From: Candidatus Bilamarchaeaceae archaeon
GTDB lineage: Archaea > Micrarchaeota > Micrarchaeia > Anstonellales > Bilamarchaeaceae
Direction of reading: 5' to 3'
Length of the DNA: 26,891 nucleotides
Assembly: GCA_038851325.1 (NCBI GenBank)
Contig: JAWCKZ010000002.1
Span: 1 to 26,891 of the forward strand
Positions 1-9,488 of the stretch are shown one piece after another. The position numbers and the translations under genes were made by a program. How positions within the stretch are numbered: the stretch's first letter is position 1; each line of letters begins with the position of its first letter. Below the pieces are notes generated by a model that was given only the letters and a program-made list of their open reading frames with translations, ran no database searches and had not been told where the DNA came from.

Positions 1-641
1 AATCTCGAGATAGGCAAGTTGTCTATCTCTGGCGGCGGGCATAACTCATCTGACACAGCAGGCAGGTTTGCCTCAAATTGATTCTTTCCCATATCTATTC
101 TATATTTAGGAGTGACAACCACGCTTGACCCCTGCGCACCAAAGGCTGCTACGCTACCAGGGTCATTCGGGCATTCCCCAAGAATTAGAACATTTTCTAT
201 CTCTCCACCAACTGTTACCTCTATATCACCAGAGACTTGAGAGTCCGGGCAACTTAATGTTGTTACGCCAGTAGTTTTGTTTGCAATAGGCCCGCTTACT
301 TCACCTTCGAGTGGTGTTCCAGGACCTAGGCAATTCTGATTTGCTCCTTCTTCTTCGTTTTGGTCCTCAGTTTCATCAGTTTGGCTCATTTCGTTGTTCT
401 CTTCTAATATCTCAGTGCTATCAGCGTCCTCCTTTTCATGAACATTCCCACCACAGTTCTGCACAGCAAGAGCAGCTCCTGCAGCAAGACAAATAGTGGC
501 AGCATTTCTCTTTGTAGCATCCCATAGTTTTGAGCAGAACTCCCTTAGCCTGCTTTTTCTCTCTTCGGATTTACCCGCTGGTTCACCTATCTCTGCTTCA
601 CTTTCTTTCATCATATTTTTTTGTGAGTATTCTAGTTTCAT
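1..641 (-). CDS. Putative surface lipoprotein, 5' part only (runs off the left edge); paralog of 771..2273
   Basis: Absent from the ORF track because no stop falls in the window. Manual translation from ATG 641: MKLEYSQK...RLREFCSKLWDATKRNAATICLAAGAALAVQNCGG...NCLGPGTPLEGEV...VTVGGEIENVLILGECPND..SVAAFGAQ..VVVTPKYRID. This aligns along its length with the neighbouring gene. TATA box at 663-670. Confidence 0.85.
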   Translation of the reverse strand, partial: MKLEYSQKNMMKESEAEIGEPAGKSEERKSRLREFCSKLWDATKRNAATICLAAGAALAVQNCGGNVHEKEDADSTEILEENNEMSQTDETEDQNEEEGANQNCLGPGTPLEGEVSGPIANKTTGVTTLSCPDSQVSGDIEVTVGGEIENVLILGECPNDPGSVAAFGAQGSSVVVTPKYRIDMGKNQFEANLPAVSDELCPPPEIDNLPISR

Positions 642-662
642 GGTATAATTACTGCACAGAAA

Positions 663-670
663 TATTTAAA
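663..670 (-). promoter_or_regulatory. Archaeal TATA box (TTTAAATA) for the gene starting at 641; probably leaderless or short-leader mRNA
   Basis: TTTAAATA on the minus strand, 22-29 nt upstream of the ATG. Confidence 0.65.
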
Positions 671-770
671 TATATTATCATTTAATTATACGTATAAACA
701 CAATAACATTTATTTGTTGATATTTTTATGTCGACTTTTCATTTGCACTCTTGTGTACTCTTAGAATAGT

Positions 771-2273
771 CTAAAAGCCAGGCGGGGTACATCCACATCT
801 TTCTGGATAATCACGAACATCTGGATCCTGCATTTCTATAAATACATCTATCTCCGTGCCATCTTGTCTGCCTGTTTTTGGATTATTGTCTTTGGATAAT
901 ATGAGCCCTCTTATCCTAAAAAGAAATCCTAGAGATTGCCCAAAGTCATGCATCGGCTGTGATGGGTCTCTTGTCACGACTACTTTGAAGTATGGTTGTT
1001 GTGTTCCAAGGGTGCTAACGCCATTTGCTTCTGATATAGTAACCGTATAAGCTCTTGCAACTTCTGCGGGTATACCGCCAAATGGGATCTCTACTCTCAC
1101 TGATTGAAGGTCAAATCCATCAAAAACAGCTCCACATTCATCGTTTACTGGCGGGGTTATCTCTCCGCTTACTACTACCTCAGTTAAAGTAACAGCATTG
1201 AAATCAACGCATGAGCGAGTACATATATAGCGCGGAGTTGTGTCCCAGCCAACTTGCGGAAGTATGATATCGCCAGAGCCGATTTGGTACACCCTGAGAG
1301 TCCTTGATCTCTTTTCCGCAAGATTTCCTATTACTGTTTTTGTGAGAAGTTCAACATTTTCTTTCGACTTAACCTTTATACTAAGAGATAGTACAGATGC
1401 TGGAGCAGCTACTTCTATCAGTTTTTTAGCATAATTTTCTTCTTCAAAGGATATTACTGGAGATGATATACTTTCGTTGACCATTATGTTCTGCGATAAT
1501 CCTCCTTCAAATTCAAATATTCCTCTTGATAGCACTTCACCAACTCTTGCATTCTTTACCGCTTCCTTTGTTACATCACTATAGATAGAAACCGGAAGGT
1601 TATCTGTCGGCAGAGGCTCACAGAGCTTGTTCGGTTCATCTACTTGTGGTAGCTGAGCACTGTTAACTGTTAAGTCTATTCTGTACTCAGGAGTGATCAT
1701 AATGCTATGTTCCTGGGCTCCAAATGCTGCGATGGAGTTCGTATCATTTGGACAGCTGCCAAGGACGAGAATATCCCCAGAAATCTGTCCACCAACAGTT
1801 GTTTCGATATTTCCTGAAACATTCGCGTCAGAGCCATTCAGCATTATTTCGCTATTTACAGTATTTGCAATAAGCGGATCAACCTCCCCTTCAAGTGGTG
1901 CTCCAGGCTCTGGGCAGTTCGACCCTATTACTTCTTCGTCGTTGGCATCTTCTTCAGGTTTATTATCATTTGATACATCATCTCCATCTTCTGTTTCAAT
2001 GTTCGGCGTGTCTTCCTCGATTTTATCATCATCTTGTACATCAACCATTTCAATCTCTTCTGTTTCAGCATCGCCTGTAACATGATCCTTACCGCATCCG
2101 TAGGCAAGAACACCCATCCCTATTGCTATTCCAAGCGCCTGGGTCGTCCTTTTTGTAGTATCCCAGAATTTCTCGCAGAATTCGTTCAGCCTTTTTTTCC
2201 TTCCTCTTTTAGATTGCTCCTCTTCAGCATTTCCCTTTTCCTCAAATTCAGAGTTTGAATATTGCAGCTTCAT
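771..2273 (-). CDS. Putative surface lipoprotein (~500 aa) with acidic linker and Cys-containing beta-rich ectodomain
   Basis: Charged N-terminus, hydrophobic segment ending in the lipobox-like LAYGC, and a D/E-rich linker. Start moved from 2294 to ATG 2273 (MKLQYS) because it matches the paralog's MKLEYS and a TATA box lies at 2297-2304. Confidence 0.8.
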   Translation of the reverse strand: MKLQYSNSEFEEKGNAEEEQSKRGRKKRLNEFCEKFWDTTKRTTQALGIAIGMGVLAYGCGKDHVTGDAETEEIEMVDVQDDDKIEEDTPNIETEDGDDVSNDNKPEEDANDEEVIGSNCPEPGAPLEGEVDPLIANTVNSEIMLNGSDANVSGNIETTVGGQISGDILVLGSCPNDTNSIAAFGAQEHSIMITPEYRIDLTVNSAQLPQVDEPNKLCEPLPTDNLPVSIYSDVTKEAVKNARVGEVLSRGIFEFEGGLSQNIMVNESISSPVISFEEENYAKKLIEVAAPASVLSLSIKVKSKENVELLTKTVIGNLAEKRSRTLRVYQIGSGDIILPQVGWDTTPRYICTRSCVDFNAVTLTEVVVSGEITPPVNDECGAVFDGFDLQSVRVEIPFGGIPAEVARAYTVTISEANGVSTLGTQQPYFKVVVTRDPSQPMHDFGQSLGFLFRIRGLILSKDNNPKTGRQDGTEIDVFIEMQDPDVRDYPERCGCTPPGF

Positions 2274-2296
2274 GTGGTATCTTATGTAGCGCAAGA

Positions 2297-2304
2297 TATT
2301 TAAA
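2297..2304 (-). promoter_or_regulatory. Archaeal TATA box (TTTAAATA) for 771..2273
   Basis: Lies 24-31 nt upstream of ATG 2273, the same geometry as at the paralog. Confidence 0.65.
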
Positions 2305-2318
2305 TTTACTTACATGTT

Positions 2319-3755
2319 CTAACCCTTGGCAACACCTAAAGGCTTCAGCCTTGCGACGATGTCGCTTATTCCAGCATCCGCAACGCTCTGAACAACATCA
2401 TCTATATTCTTATAGGCGTCAGGCGCTTCTTCGGCTATAACCTTTGGTTCTGTTGCCCTCACATATATGCTGCTTTTTTCCCAGAGGTTTCTTGCGACTT
2501 CCTTTCCATTATGCGTTCTTATCGCCTCACCGCGACTCATTGTTCTTCCTGCTCCATGACACGTTGTTCCCCATGCAACCTCAAGACCCTTTGGATTTCC
2601 GACCAATACATAGCTCGCAGTTCCCATGCTTCCAGGAATAATTACTGGCTGGCCGATGTTTCTGTATGCACGAGGAAGCTCAGGCCTTCCTGCAGGGAAC
2701 GCTCTTGTCGCACCTTTTCTGTGAACTACAAGCTTTCGCTTCTTGCCATCAACAAGATGCTCCTCTATCTTTGCTATGTTGTGAGCGACATCATATACAG
2801 TCTTTATTCTATCCCCAGTTCCGCTGCCGAAAACCTGGTCATAGCTCTCACGAACCCAATGTGCGATTATATGCCTGTTCGTAAAGGCATAATTTACAGC
2901 GCATCGCATTCCAGCAAGATAATCTTGTGCCTCCTTGCTTTTTATGGGCGCGTATGCAAGCTCTTTGTCAGGGAGCCAGAGGCCTTGCTTACGCGCAAGC
3001 TCGAGAAGCGGTGGTATGTTATCAGAGCATATCTGGTGGCCATACCCTCTTGAACCGCAGTGTATCATAGTCGTTATCATGCCCTCGTGCAAGCCGAACT
3101 CCTTTGCAACCTTTTCATTGTAGACCTTTTCTACAACCTGAATTTCGAGGAAGTGATTGCCCGCGCCAAGCGTGCCGAACTGTTGCTTTCCCCTTTTCTT
3201 TGCAGTGGGTGACACCTTGCTTGGGTCCGCGCCTTCTATCCGTCCGTATTCCTCGCAGTGCTCCTTGTCCTCCTTTGTTCCATATCCGCGTTCAAGTGCC
3301 CAGTCGACACCAAGCCTCACGGCCTCATCGAGTTCAGCATGTTCAACCCTTATCCTTCCTTCGCTCCCTACTCCGCTTGGAACATTCTTGAAGAGCGTAT
3401 CACAGAGCTGTTTTATCTTAGGCCGAACTTCATTTACATGCAATGGAGTTGTAAGAAGGCGAACACCGCAGTTAATATCGTAACCCACGCCACCAGGACT
3501 CACGATGCCTTCGTCAGCATCAAAAGCCGCAACCCCACCTATCGGAAAGCCATATCCTTCATGCCCATCCGGCATGAGAAGCGCATGTCTGACTATTCCA
3601 GGAAGACCAGCAACATTTTTCAGTTGCTCAAGTGTTCTGTCCTTGCGCATACCATCGATTAGCCTATCGTTTGCAAAAACATAAGCCGGAACTCTCATCT
3701 CGCCTTCCTTTTCCATTAACCATATAGCTTTATCCACTCGTTTTAGTCCATTCAC
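2319..3755 (-). CDS. rtcB: RNA-splicing ligase RtcB (3'-phosphate/5'-OH RNA ligase)
   Basis: Motifs MPDGHEGYGFPIGG, VGYDINCG, GTLGAGNHFLE, HCGSRG, YDVAHN, HRKGAT, PGSMG, HGAGR (guanylylated His), EEAPDAYK. Confidence 0.97.
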   Translation of the reverse strand: MNGLKRVDKAIWLMEKEGEMRVPAYVFANDRLIDGMRKDRTLEQLKNVAGLPGIVRHALLMPDGHEGYGFPIGGVAAFDADEGIVSPGGVGYDINCGVRLLTTPLHVNEVRPKIKQLCDTLFKNVPSGVGSEGRIRVEHAELDEAVRLGVDWALERGYGTKEDKEHCEEYGRIEGADPSKVSPTAKKRGKQQFGTLGAGNHFLEIQVVEKVYNEKVAKEFGLHEGMITTMIHCGSRGYGHQICSDNIPPLLELARKQGLWLPDKELAYAPIKSKEAQDYLAGMRCAVNYAFTNRHIIAHWVRESYDQVFGSGTGDRIKTVYDVAHNIAKIEEHLVDGKKRKLVVHRKGATRAFPAGRPELPRAYRNIGQPVIIPGSMGTASYVLVGNPKGLEVAWGTTCHGAGRTMSRGEAIRTHNGKEVARNLWEKSSIYVRATEPKVIAEEAPDAYKNIDDVVQSVADAGISDIVARLKPLGVAKG

Positions 3756-3759
3756 GTGA

Positions 3760-4974
3760 TCACCTGAAAAGTTGTTTTATCTTTTTTATCGCACGCTCGA
3801 GCGCAATTATATCATCTGGCGTGTTATAAATATAAAAACTTATTCTGTTGCTTCCCTGTGGCAGCCCAAGACGAACATGCAAGGGCATGGCGCAGTGATG
3901 CCCGCTTCTTATTGCTATCCCCTCTCTGTCGAGTAGCGTGGCTACATCATGTGGGTGAACGCCATCTATCGAAAAGGCAACCAGACCGGTCCTTTCGCTT
4001 GGCTCTTTTGGCCCCAGCACCTTCATACCCAAGTCTTCAAGAACTTCAATTGCTTCCCTCACAAGCCTCAGCTCGTGTTTTCTGACATTTTCCATCCCTA
4101 TTTTTTCAAGATAATCGATCGCGGCAGATAGTCCAACCGCAGCATCGACAGGTGGCGTCCCGGCTTCAAATCTATGCGGCAGTTCATTCCATTCGCTCTT
4201 TTCTATGCTAACCTTGGTTGCCATCTCGCTGCCGTATAAAAAAGGGCTCATCTGCTCTAACATTTCCTTTCTTCCATACAGCACTCCTATGCCAAAAGGT
4301 GCAAGCATCTTGTGGCCTGAAAATGCAAGGAAATCGCATTCTAGCTCCTTGACATTTACAGGCATTCCAGGCACGGCCTGTGCAGCATCGACAACAGTCA
4401 CAGCACCATTTTTCCTTGCCATTTTACATATTTTTTTTATATCATTCACCGTTCCTAAGACATTGGAAGCCATCGTTATGGCAACTATCTTAGCACGTCC
4501 CATCCTTTCAAGTGCCTCTTCCCTTAATTTTCCTTCGCGGTCTATATCAATGATTTCGAATCTTGCCGATTTCTCTTTTGCCAACTGCTGCCATGGCACA
4601 AAGTTGCTGTGATGCTCCATTATAGTTGTGACTATGGTATCGTCCTTTCCGACAAACTTTTTGCCCCATCCACTCATGACGAGGTTTATCGCTTCTGTTG
4701 TGTTTCGAACAAATATTATCTCATCTTCATTTGCCCCTATGAATTCTGCACTCTTCTTTCTCGCGTTTTCGTATTCCTCTGTCGCTGCCTCTGCAAGCGC
4801 ATGAAGACTTCTCGCGACGTTGGCATTTTTGCTTCCCCAGAATTCCCTTACCGCATCCATCACCTGACGCGGCCGCTGGGATGTTGCAGCCGAATCGAGA
4901 TAAACCAGCCGCTTTCCATTTATCTTTATTTTTAGAATTGGAAAATCGTGCTTTATTTCTCTTGGATCGATCAT
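3760..4974 (-). CDS. sufS: Cysteine desulfurase, group II (SufS/CsdA-like)
   Basis: YLDSAATSQRP, MEHHSN, DAAQ, SGHKM (PLP Lys), FEAGTP, and the group II signature RSGHHCA. Confidence 0.95.
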   Translation of the reverse strand: MIDPREIKHDFPILKIKINGKRLVYLDSAATSQRPRQVMDAVREFWGSKNANVARSLHALAEAATEEYENARKKSAEFIGANEDEIIFVRNTTEAINLVMSGWGKKFVGKDDTIVTTIMEHHSNFVPWQQLAKEKSARFEIIDIDREGKLREEALERMGRAKIVAITMASNVLGTVNDIKKICKMARKNGAVTVVDAAQAVPGMPVNVKELECDFLAFSGHKMLAPFGIGVLYGRKEMLEQMSPFLYGSEMATKVSIEKSEWNELPHRFEAGTPPVDAAVGLSAAIDYLEKIGMENVRKHELRLVREAIEVLEDLGMKVLGPKEPSERTGLVAFSIDGVHPHDVATLLDREGIAIRSGHHCAMPLHVRLGLPQGSNRISFYIYNTPDDIIALERAIKKIKQLFR

Positions 4975-5498
4975 ACCCCTCGTAGCCTCTCCTCAAAAAG
5001 TCTTCTTCTTACGTCAGCAAGATACCTATAAACTCCAGTGTGAGTTGCTCCGCGAATCAACCTCTCAATGGCTTCCTTTGCATAATCTATACTATCCGCT
5101 TTTCCTATTATCGCTATAGTGTTTCCATACACGCTTATAGAAGAGTCAGTTGCGCTCTCAATCTCTGCCTTTGTTCTTCCCTTCTCTCCTATGACCCTTC
5201 CCTTTATTCTCTTTATTGCGTTTTCAGAGGAAAGGTATTCTTTCAGATAGAAAATATGGAGTTGATAATCCGCTTCTAAAAGTTTTATCGCAGTGTTTGG
5301 ATCAAATCCTCTGCCAATAGCCGTTATCACGCTCTTAGAAAAGTAGACGTCTGCAGTGTCCCCTCTTAATGTGACCTCTCCGTCTGGGGTTGCATCTATA
5401 TTTATATTACACTTTTTCTCCAGCATCTTCTTGGTGCTTTCGTTATCCCCGATGAGTACCTTTACCCGCTCTCCTGGTATCTTTATTATTTCTTCCAT
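4971..5498 (-). CDS. KH-domain RNA-processing protein (archaeal Dim2/Pno1)
   Basis: IPGERVKVLIG, AIGRGF, KH loop RIKGRVIGEKG, ISVYGNTIAIIG, G..H..VYRYL. Confidence 0.92.
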   Translation of the reverse strand: MEEIIKIPGERVKVLIGDNESTKKMLEKKCNINIDATPDGEVTLRGDTADVYFSKSVITAIGRGFDPNTAIKLLEADYQLHIFYLKEYLSSENAIKRIKGRVIGEKGRTKAEIESATDSSISVYGNTIAIIGKADSIDYAKEAIERLIRGATHTGVYRYLADVRRRLFEERLRGV

Positions 5499-6289
5499 TT
5501 TCTCACGATTTTCTCAAGAGTTCTTTTTGTTTCTTCGTCGTTTTCGACGGCTATTTTGCTTTCTATCGCACGCACCGCGTCCTCATTTAGCTTCATGCCT
5601 TTAAGCCCCTCTGCTGCAGCCCTTCTCACTTCAGTATTCCAATGAGAGAGAAGTGAGAGCATCATCCCAATAACCTCGCTATCACCGTTCAGAAGCGCAA
5701 GCGCATTTATCGCATTCATCTGATTCTCTTCGATATCACCGCGTGCAAAAATATAAAGTTCTTTCTTTAAACGCGTTATCACCTCTTTATTTTTTAAAGC
5801 AAGAATGTAAAAAAGCGCAACTGGATACACATCCGTATTTCTTATCATTGTCCTTAAGAGTTCTATTGTACTCTCTTTGTATCTTTCAACCTTCAGGAGT
5901 TGGCGCAAGCTGTGTATAAGAGGAATCCACGAATTCTGCCGTCCTTCCTTTAGCTCTTCTAGCATCTTCTGCGCGGCATCGTTCCAGCCGTTATCAAGAA
6001 AAAGCATGAGCAGATAGCGAGTTATAAGTTGATTACTCATCCCATAATAGCGGCCTTCTCTTCGTTCAAGGAGTGAGAGAGCTATTTTTACAAACGCGAA
6101 CCTATATTCATATAGTTCTTCAGGCTCTATCCCTGGTTTCTTTGTTGTAGCGTAAGACGCCATAACTCTCCAGAAGACGTCGCGTACATTCGTATCTGGT
6201 GCGAGTTCAAACTTTGAAAGCTTCGGCTTTTGAGGTTGTTCTGCCGCCTCTCCGCCTTCATCGTCTCCGCCGAATGTCTGCTTTCCCAT
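5486..6289 (-). CDS. Helical HEAT-repeat-like hypothetical protein
   Basis: Amphipathic helical repeats, with C-terminal HEAT/PBS-like LLSHWNTEVRRAAAEGL. Start placed at ATG 6289 (MGKQTF) because the track's longer start overlaps the divergent pcm. Confidence 0.65.
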   Translation of the reverse strand: MGKQTFGGDDEGGEAAEQPQKPKLSKFELAPDTNVRDVFWRVMASYATTKKPGIEPEELYEYRFAFVKIALSLLERREGRYYGMSNQLITRYLLMLFLDNGWNDAAQKMLEELKEGRQNSWIPLIHSLRQLLKVERYKESTIELLRTMIRNTDVYPVALFYILALKNKEVITRLKKELYIFARGDIEENQMNAINALALLNGDSEVIGMMLSLLSHWNTEVRRAAAEGLKGMKLNEDAVRAIESKIAVENDEETKRTLEKIVRKWKK

Positions 6290-6327
6290 AGGTAAAGATT
6301 TAGAAATTAGTATACTTAAATCTAACC

Positions 6328-6963
6328 ATGAATTCAAACGAGGAACTCGTTCGGTATCTTCAGGAAACAGGATGGATACGAACAAAACGTGTTAAAAATG
6401 CCTTTCTTGCAGTTGATCGCGCTTTTTTTGTTCCTCAAGATGCAAAAGCGTCAGCCTATTGCGACTATCCGATCCCAATTGGTCATGGTCAGACGATCTC
6501 AGCGCCGAGCGTTGTAGCATTCATGCTTGAGGAGCTGGATGTGCGCGATGGCGCAAAGGTGCTGGAATTAGGCACCGGCTCTGGTTATAACGCTGCGCTT
6601 CTCTCTGTTCTCACAGGCCCGAGAGGAAAGGTTATCTCTATGGATATCGTTCCTGAACTTGTCGAATTCGCAAGAGGAAATCTTGGGCGATGGGGAAAGG
6701 CTGGCAATGTCGAGCTTGTTGCAGGAGACGGCAGCTGCGGCTATGAGAAGGAAGCGCCTTACGACAGAATAGTGGTTACTGCTGGCATGCCATACATAGA
6801 AGGTCATCCGCTGATTGCACAGCTCAAGCCTGACGGGAAGCTTATCGCACCCGTAGGGGGCAGGTTCTGGCAGGATTTGGTTCTTTACTCAAAAGGCATA
6901 TACAAGAAAGTTCTTCCGGTGATGTTTGTTCCGCTGATAGGAAAATGCGGTTTTACACCTTAA
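6328..6963 (+). CDS. pcm: Protein-L-isoaspartate O-methyltransferase
   Basis: VDRAFFVP, AYCDYPIPIGHGQTISAP, VLELGTGSGYNAA, GDGSCG, APYDRIVVTAG, QLKPDGKLIAPVG, FVPL. Confidence 0.96.
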   Translation: MNSNEELVRYLQETGWIRTKRVKNAFLAVDRAFFVPQDAKASAYCDYPIPIGHGQTISAPSVVAFMLEELDVRDGAKVLELGTGSGYNAALLSVLTGPRGKVISMDIVPELVEFARGNLGRWGKAGNVELVAGDGSCGYEKEAPYDRIVVTAGMPYIEGHPLIAQLKPDGKLIAPVGGRFWQDLVLYSKGIYKKVLPVMFVPLIGKCGFTP

Positions 6964-7819
6964 GCGCTCTTAAAAACTTTTTCGTAAGTTCTGTTTTCTG
7001 GCTTTCTTTAATACCTATCCTTCGCATGGCAGCACGCGCAAGTATTTCTATCTCACTTCTCTCAAATCTGCCTTCTCTAACCCCCATCCTGAGTTCATTT
7101 CTTGTTTGGGCATTAACATTTTCCGGAGATGCGGCAAAACCAAAACAATCGGAATTCATTATTACAAGATTCTTATTCAATATCCTCTCTATCTGTTCTT
7201 TGTCGCAGTCAAAATGCTGAGTTTCTTTTCTTTCTATAATCTTAGAAGCAGCATATGTTATAAGATCTCCAATGCCACCGTTGAAGAAAGACGCGTTTTT
7301 TATCAACTTCCTGCCACGTCTTATAGAATATAACACAAAACTGTTTGTTTCTTTTGGGTAAATGAGCATGGTATTAGCAACAAAAAATCTAGGGTACCCG
7401 GCAGTCGTTTCGAATGGTAAAAAAGCGCCCTTGAAAATGGATTGAGTGTGAACAAAATATGGTTTGCACAAATCGCGCACTTCATTTTGTACTGTTGGGT
7501 CTGTATATACCATTAATATGTCCACATCACTACATTCCTTTTCGCTGTATATCGCTCTCCCAAAAAAGATTAGTGAGAGCTTTTCGCCAGCAGCGCGTAA
7601 AGCACCTTTCACCCACTCTAAAAATTCTCCTTGTTTTTTTTCAAGTCTCTTAATTTTTATCAACAAACTCGACATGAGTTCTTCGGCTGTCTTTTTGGGT
7701 TTTTCAAAAAATGGCATAGGAGGGTAGAGCCGACAATTTTTTAGGAGTACTTCCTCGATTTCTTTATGTTCATCTGGTTTGGCGTCGCTGCTTTCAGGTT
7801 GTTTAAACATGTTATACAT
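6953..7819 (-). CDS. Hypothetical protein with a DNA-pol-beta-type (MNT-like) nucleotidyltransferase domain
   Basis: LIFFGRAIYSEKECSDVDILMV resembles hhhFGS..x9-10..SDhDhhhh, but with GR in place of GS. The start may be 7810 (MFKQ). Confidence 0.55.
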   Translation of the reverse strand: MYNMFKQPESSDAKPDEHKEIEEVLLKNCRLYPPMPFFEKPKKTAEELMSSLLIKIKRLEKKQGEFLEWVKGALRAAGEKLSLIFFGRAIYSEKECSDVDILMVYTDPTVQNEVRDLCKPYFVHTQSIFKGAFLPFETTAGYPRFFVANTMLIYPKETNSFVLYSIRRGRKLIKNASFFNGGIGDLITYAASKIIERKETQHFDCDKEQIERILNKNLVIMNSDCFGFAASPENVNAQTRNELRMGVREGRFERSEIEILARAAMRRIGIKESQKTELTKKFLRALKV

Positions 7820-7900
7820 TGTGTTTAAAAATATTTTTAAAATTTGTGTCCAATGATGGTTTTAAATATTTTTCTATCTAAAGATAAATTGGGTGGGATT

Positions 7901-9478
7901 ATGAGCGAATTTCTTATTAGCGGCCAAAAGAAACTTAATACTAGAATAGTTTATCTACTTAACGATGAATCGAATCCTAGTTTTCCTTTGGATGCCGATG
8001 CAAATTGGATGTACTACAGCAAGAAAAAAGGGTTTATACATCCAGAGTATGCTTTTGATACGGTGTTGAGTAATCCCATTCATTATGGCGCGGGCGGTTT
8101 TGAAGGTATTAGGGTTTATTACACGCAGTTTGGTACAATATTTCCAGAACTGGAAAGCAACATTGCGCGGCTCATGTTTTCAACTTTAGCGTTTGATGAT
8201 ATCGTGGGATCGAAAATAAGCGAGATATACTCGCACGAAAATGTGGAGAAGATCGAAATATACAACCCTGTACCGCGGGAGCTTTTCGAGGACGCAAAAA
8301 AGAGTTATCTAGAAGGCCGTGAGCCTGTATTTGGAAAGTTCATTGTTAAAAAGAAAGACGGGAGCACTGAGGAAATTAGACCAGAACTTCGATTGAGCGC
8401 TGTCATGGGGAAGGAAGTTGTCGAGATGAGGTTAAAAGAGCTTGAAACGATGCTGAAGGCGCTTGCGTATGCCAACAAGCTCGTTTCCGGAGATCATTTC
8501 CCGAATGCGCTTGAAATGGTTATGGCAGGTTATTTTAGGCCGCACTTCTGGGTTTCTGGCGAGGGGGGATTGAAAGTACCAACAGCTGGCAAGCCATTCT
8601 ATTTTAATGCTGCAACTCTACCGTGGGGCGTTTATCTGAGTGACGAATATTATGAAACCGGTCTTGATGTCCTATACGCACCATACGAACGGATCGGCCA
8701 TGATATGCCATCAGATAAAAAGATATCTGGTAATTATGTGAACTCTGCGCTTAGCATAAACCTTGCAAGAAGACTTGGTTATGGTGAAATACTTGCATTT
8801 AAAGGTAATAAGATTGTCGAAGGTTCTGCAGAAAATATCTACGTCTTTGTTGAGTGCAACGGTCGTTATAGGGTTTACATTCCACCAATCGGCGATGGCC
8901 CACTTCCAGGAACAACGAGGGATCGTGTTATTCGTGTGCTAGAAGAGATGCGTAATGTTGAAATCGTATACGAGTCTCCAACAAAATTTGTTGTTGAGAA
9001 GGCCGTAGCTGTGCTATTTTCAGGTACCGGTGCGCAACTTATTCATGCACGCTCTGTAAATGAAAACGAGGATGCTTTAAAATATGCGATGGCTTCAAGG
9101 CTTGCATCAGAAGACGTCCCAGAGGAAAAAAGAAAGGTTGTGTTTAGTAAGGCATCTCGGGCCAAGAATAAAAGAATACTGATTAACAATGGTGAGAAGC
9201 ATCCTATTCTGGATGAAGTTCGCAAGAGATACGAGTCGCTTGTGCTGCAACCAGAGAATGTTCGACCGGTTTATGATATGGACATAGACGCGCTTGGGAA
9301 GATAGTTGGGGTTGACCCAAAGGATTGCGCATCTAAGGAAGAAAGAGAGATGTACAGGGATGGTTACATGCACGATTATAAAAATTACCTGAAAGACGTT
9401 AAGAAAAAAACAGAGACAGGCGCGAAAATCGTGGAACGTGCATTTAAGAAAGCAGGGCTGCTCAAAAACACGGCATAG
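7901..9478 (+). CDS. PLP fold-type IV aminotransferase (IlvE/BCAT-like), enlarged to ~525 aa
   Basis: IHYGAGGFEGIRVY, YFRP, KISGNYVNS (PLP Lys), EGSAENI, LPGTTRDRV, FSGTGAQ. ATG 7901 follows SD-like GGGTGGGA and TATA TTTAAATA at 7861-7868. Confidence 0.85.
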   Translation: MSEFLISGQKKLNTRIVYLLNDESNPSFPLDADANWMYYSKKKGFIHPEYAFDTVLSNPIHYGAGGFEGIRVYYTQFGTIFPELESNIARLMFSTLAFDDIVGSKISEIYSHENVEKIEIYNPVPRELFEDAKKSYLEGREPVFGKFIVKKKDGSTEEIRPELRLSAVMGKEVVEMRLKELETMLKALAYANKLVSGDHFPNALEMVMAGYFRPHFWVSGEGGLKVPTAGKPFYFNAATLPWGVYLSDEYYETGLDVLYAPYERIGHDMPSDKKISGNYVNSALSINLARRLGYGEILAFKGNKIVEGSAENIYVFVECNGRYRVYIPPIGDGPLPGTTRDRVIRVLEEMRNVEIVYESPTKFVVEKAVAVLFSGTGAQLIHARSVNENEDALKYAMASRLASEDVPEEKRKVVFSKASRAKNKRILINNGEKHPILDEVRKRYESLVLQPENVRPVYDMDIDALGKIVGVDPKDCASKEEREMYRDGYMHDYKNYLKDVKKKTETGAKIVERAFKKAGLLKNTA

Positions 9479-9488
9479 CAGATGGAGC

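Noticed and set aside
2319..3755. Intein in RtcB (a known intein host)
   Set aside because: The 478-aa length is normal and the DINCG region is uninterrupted.
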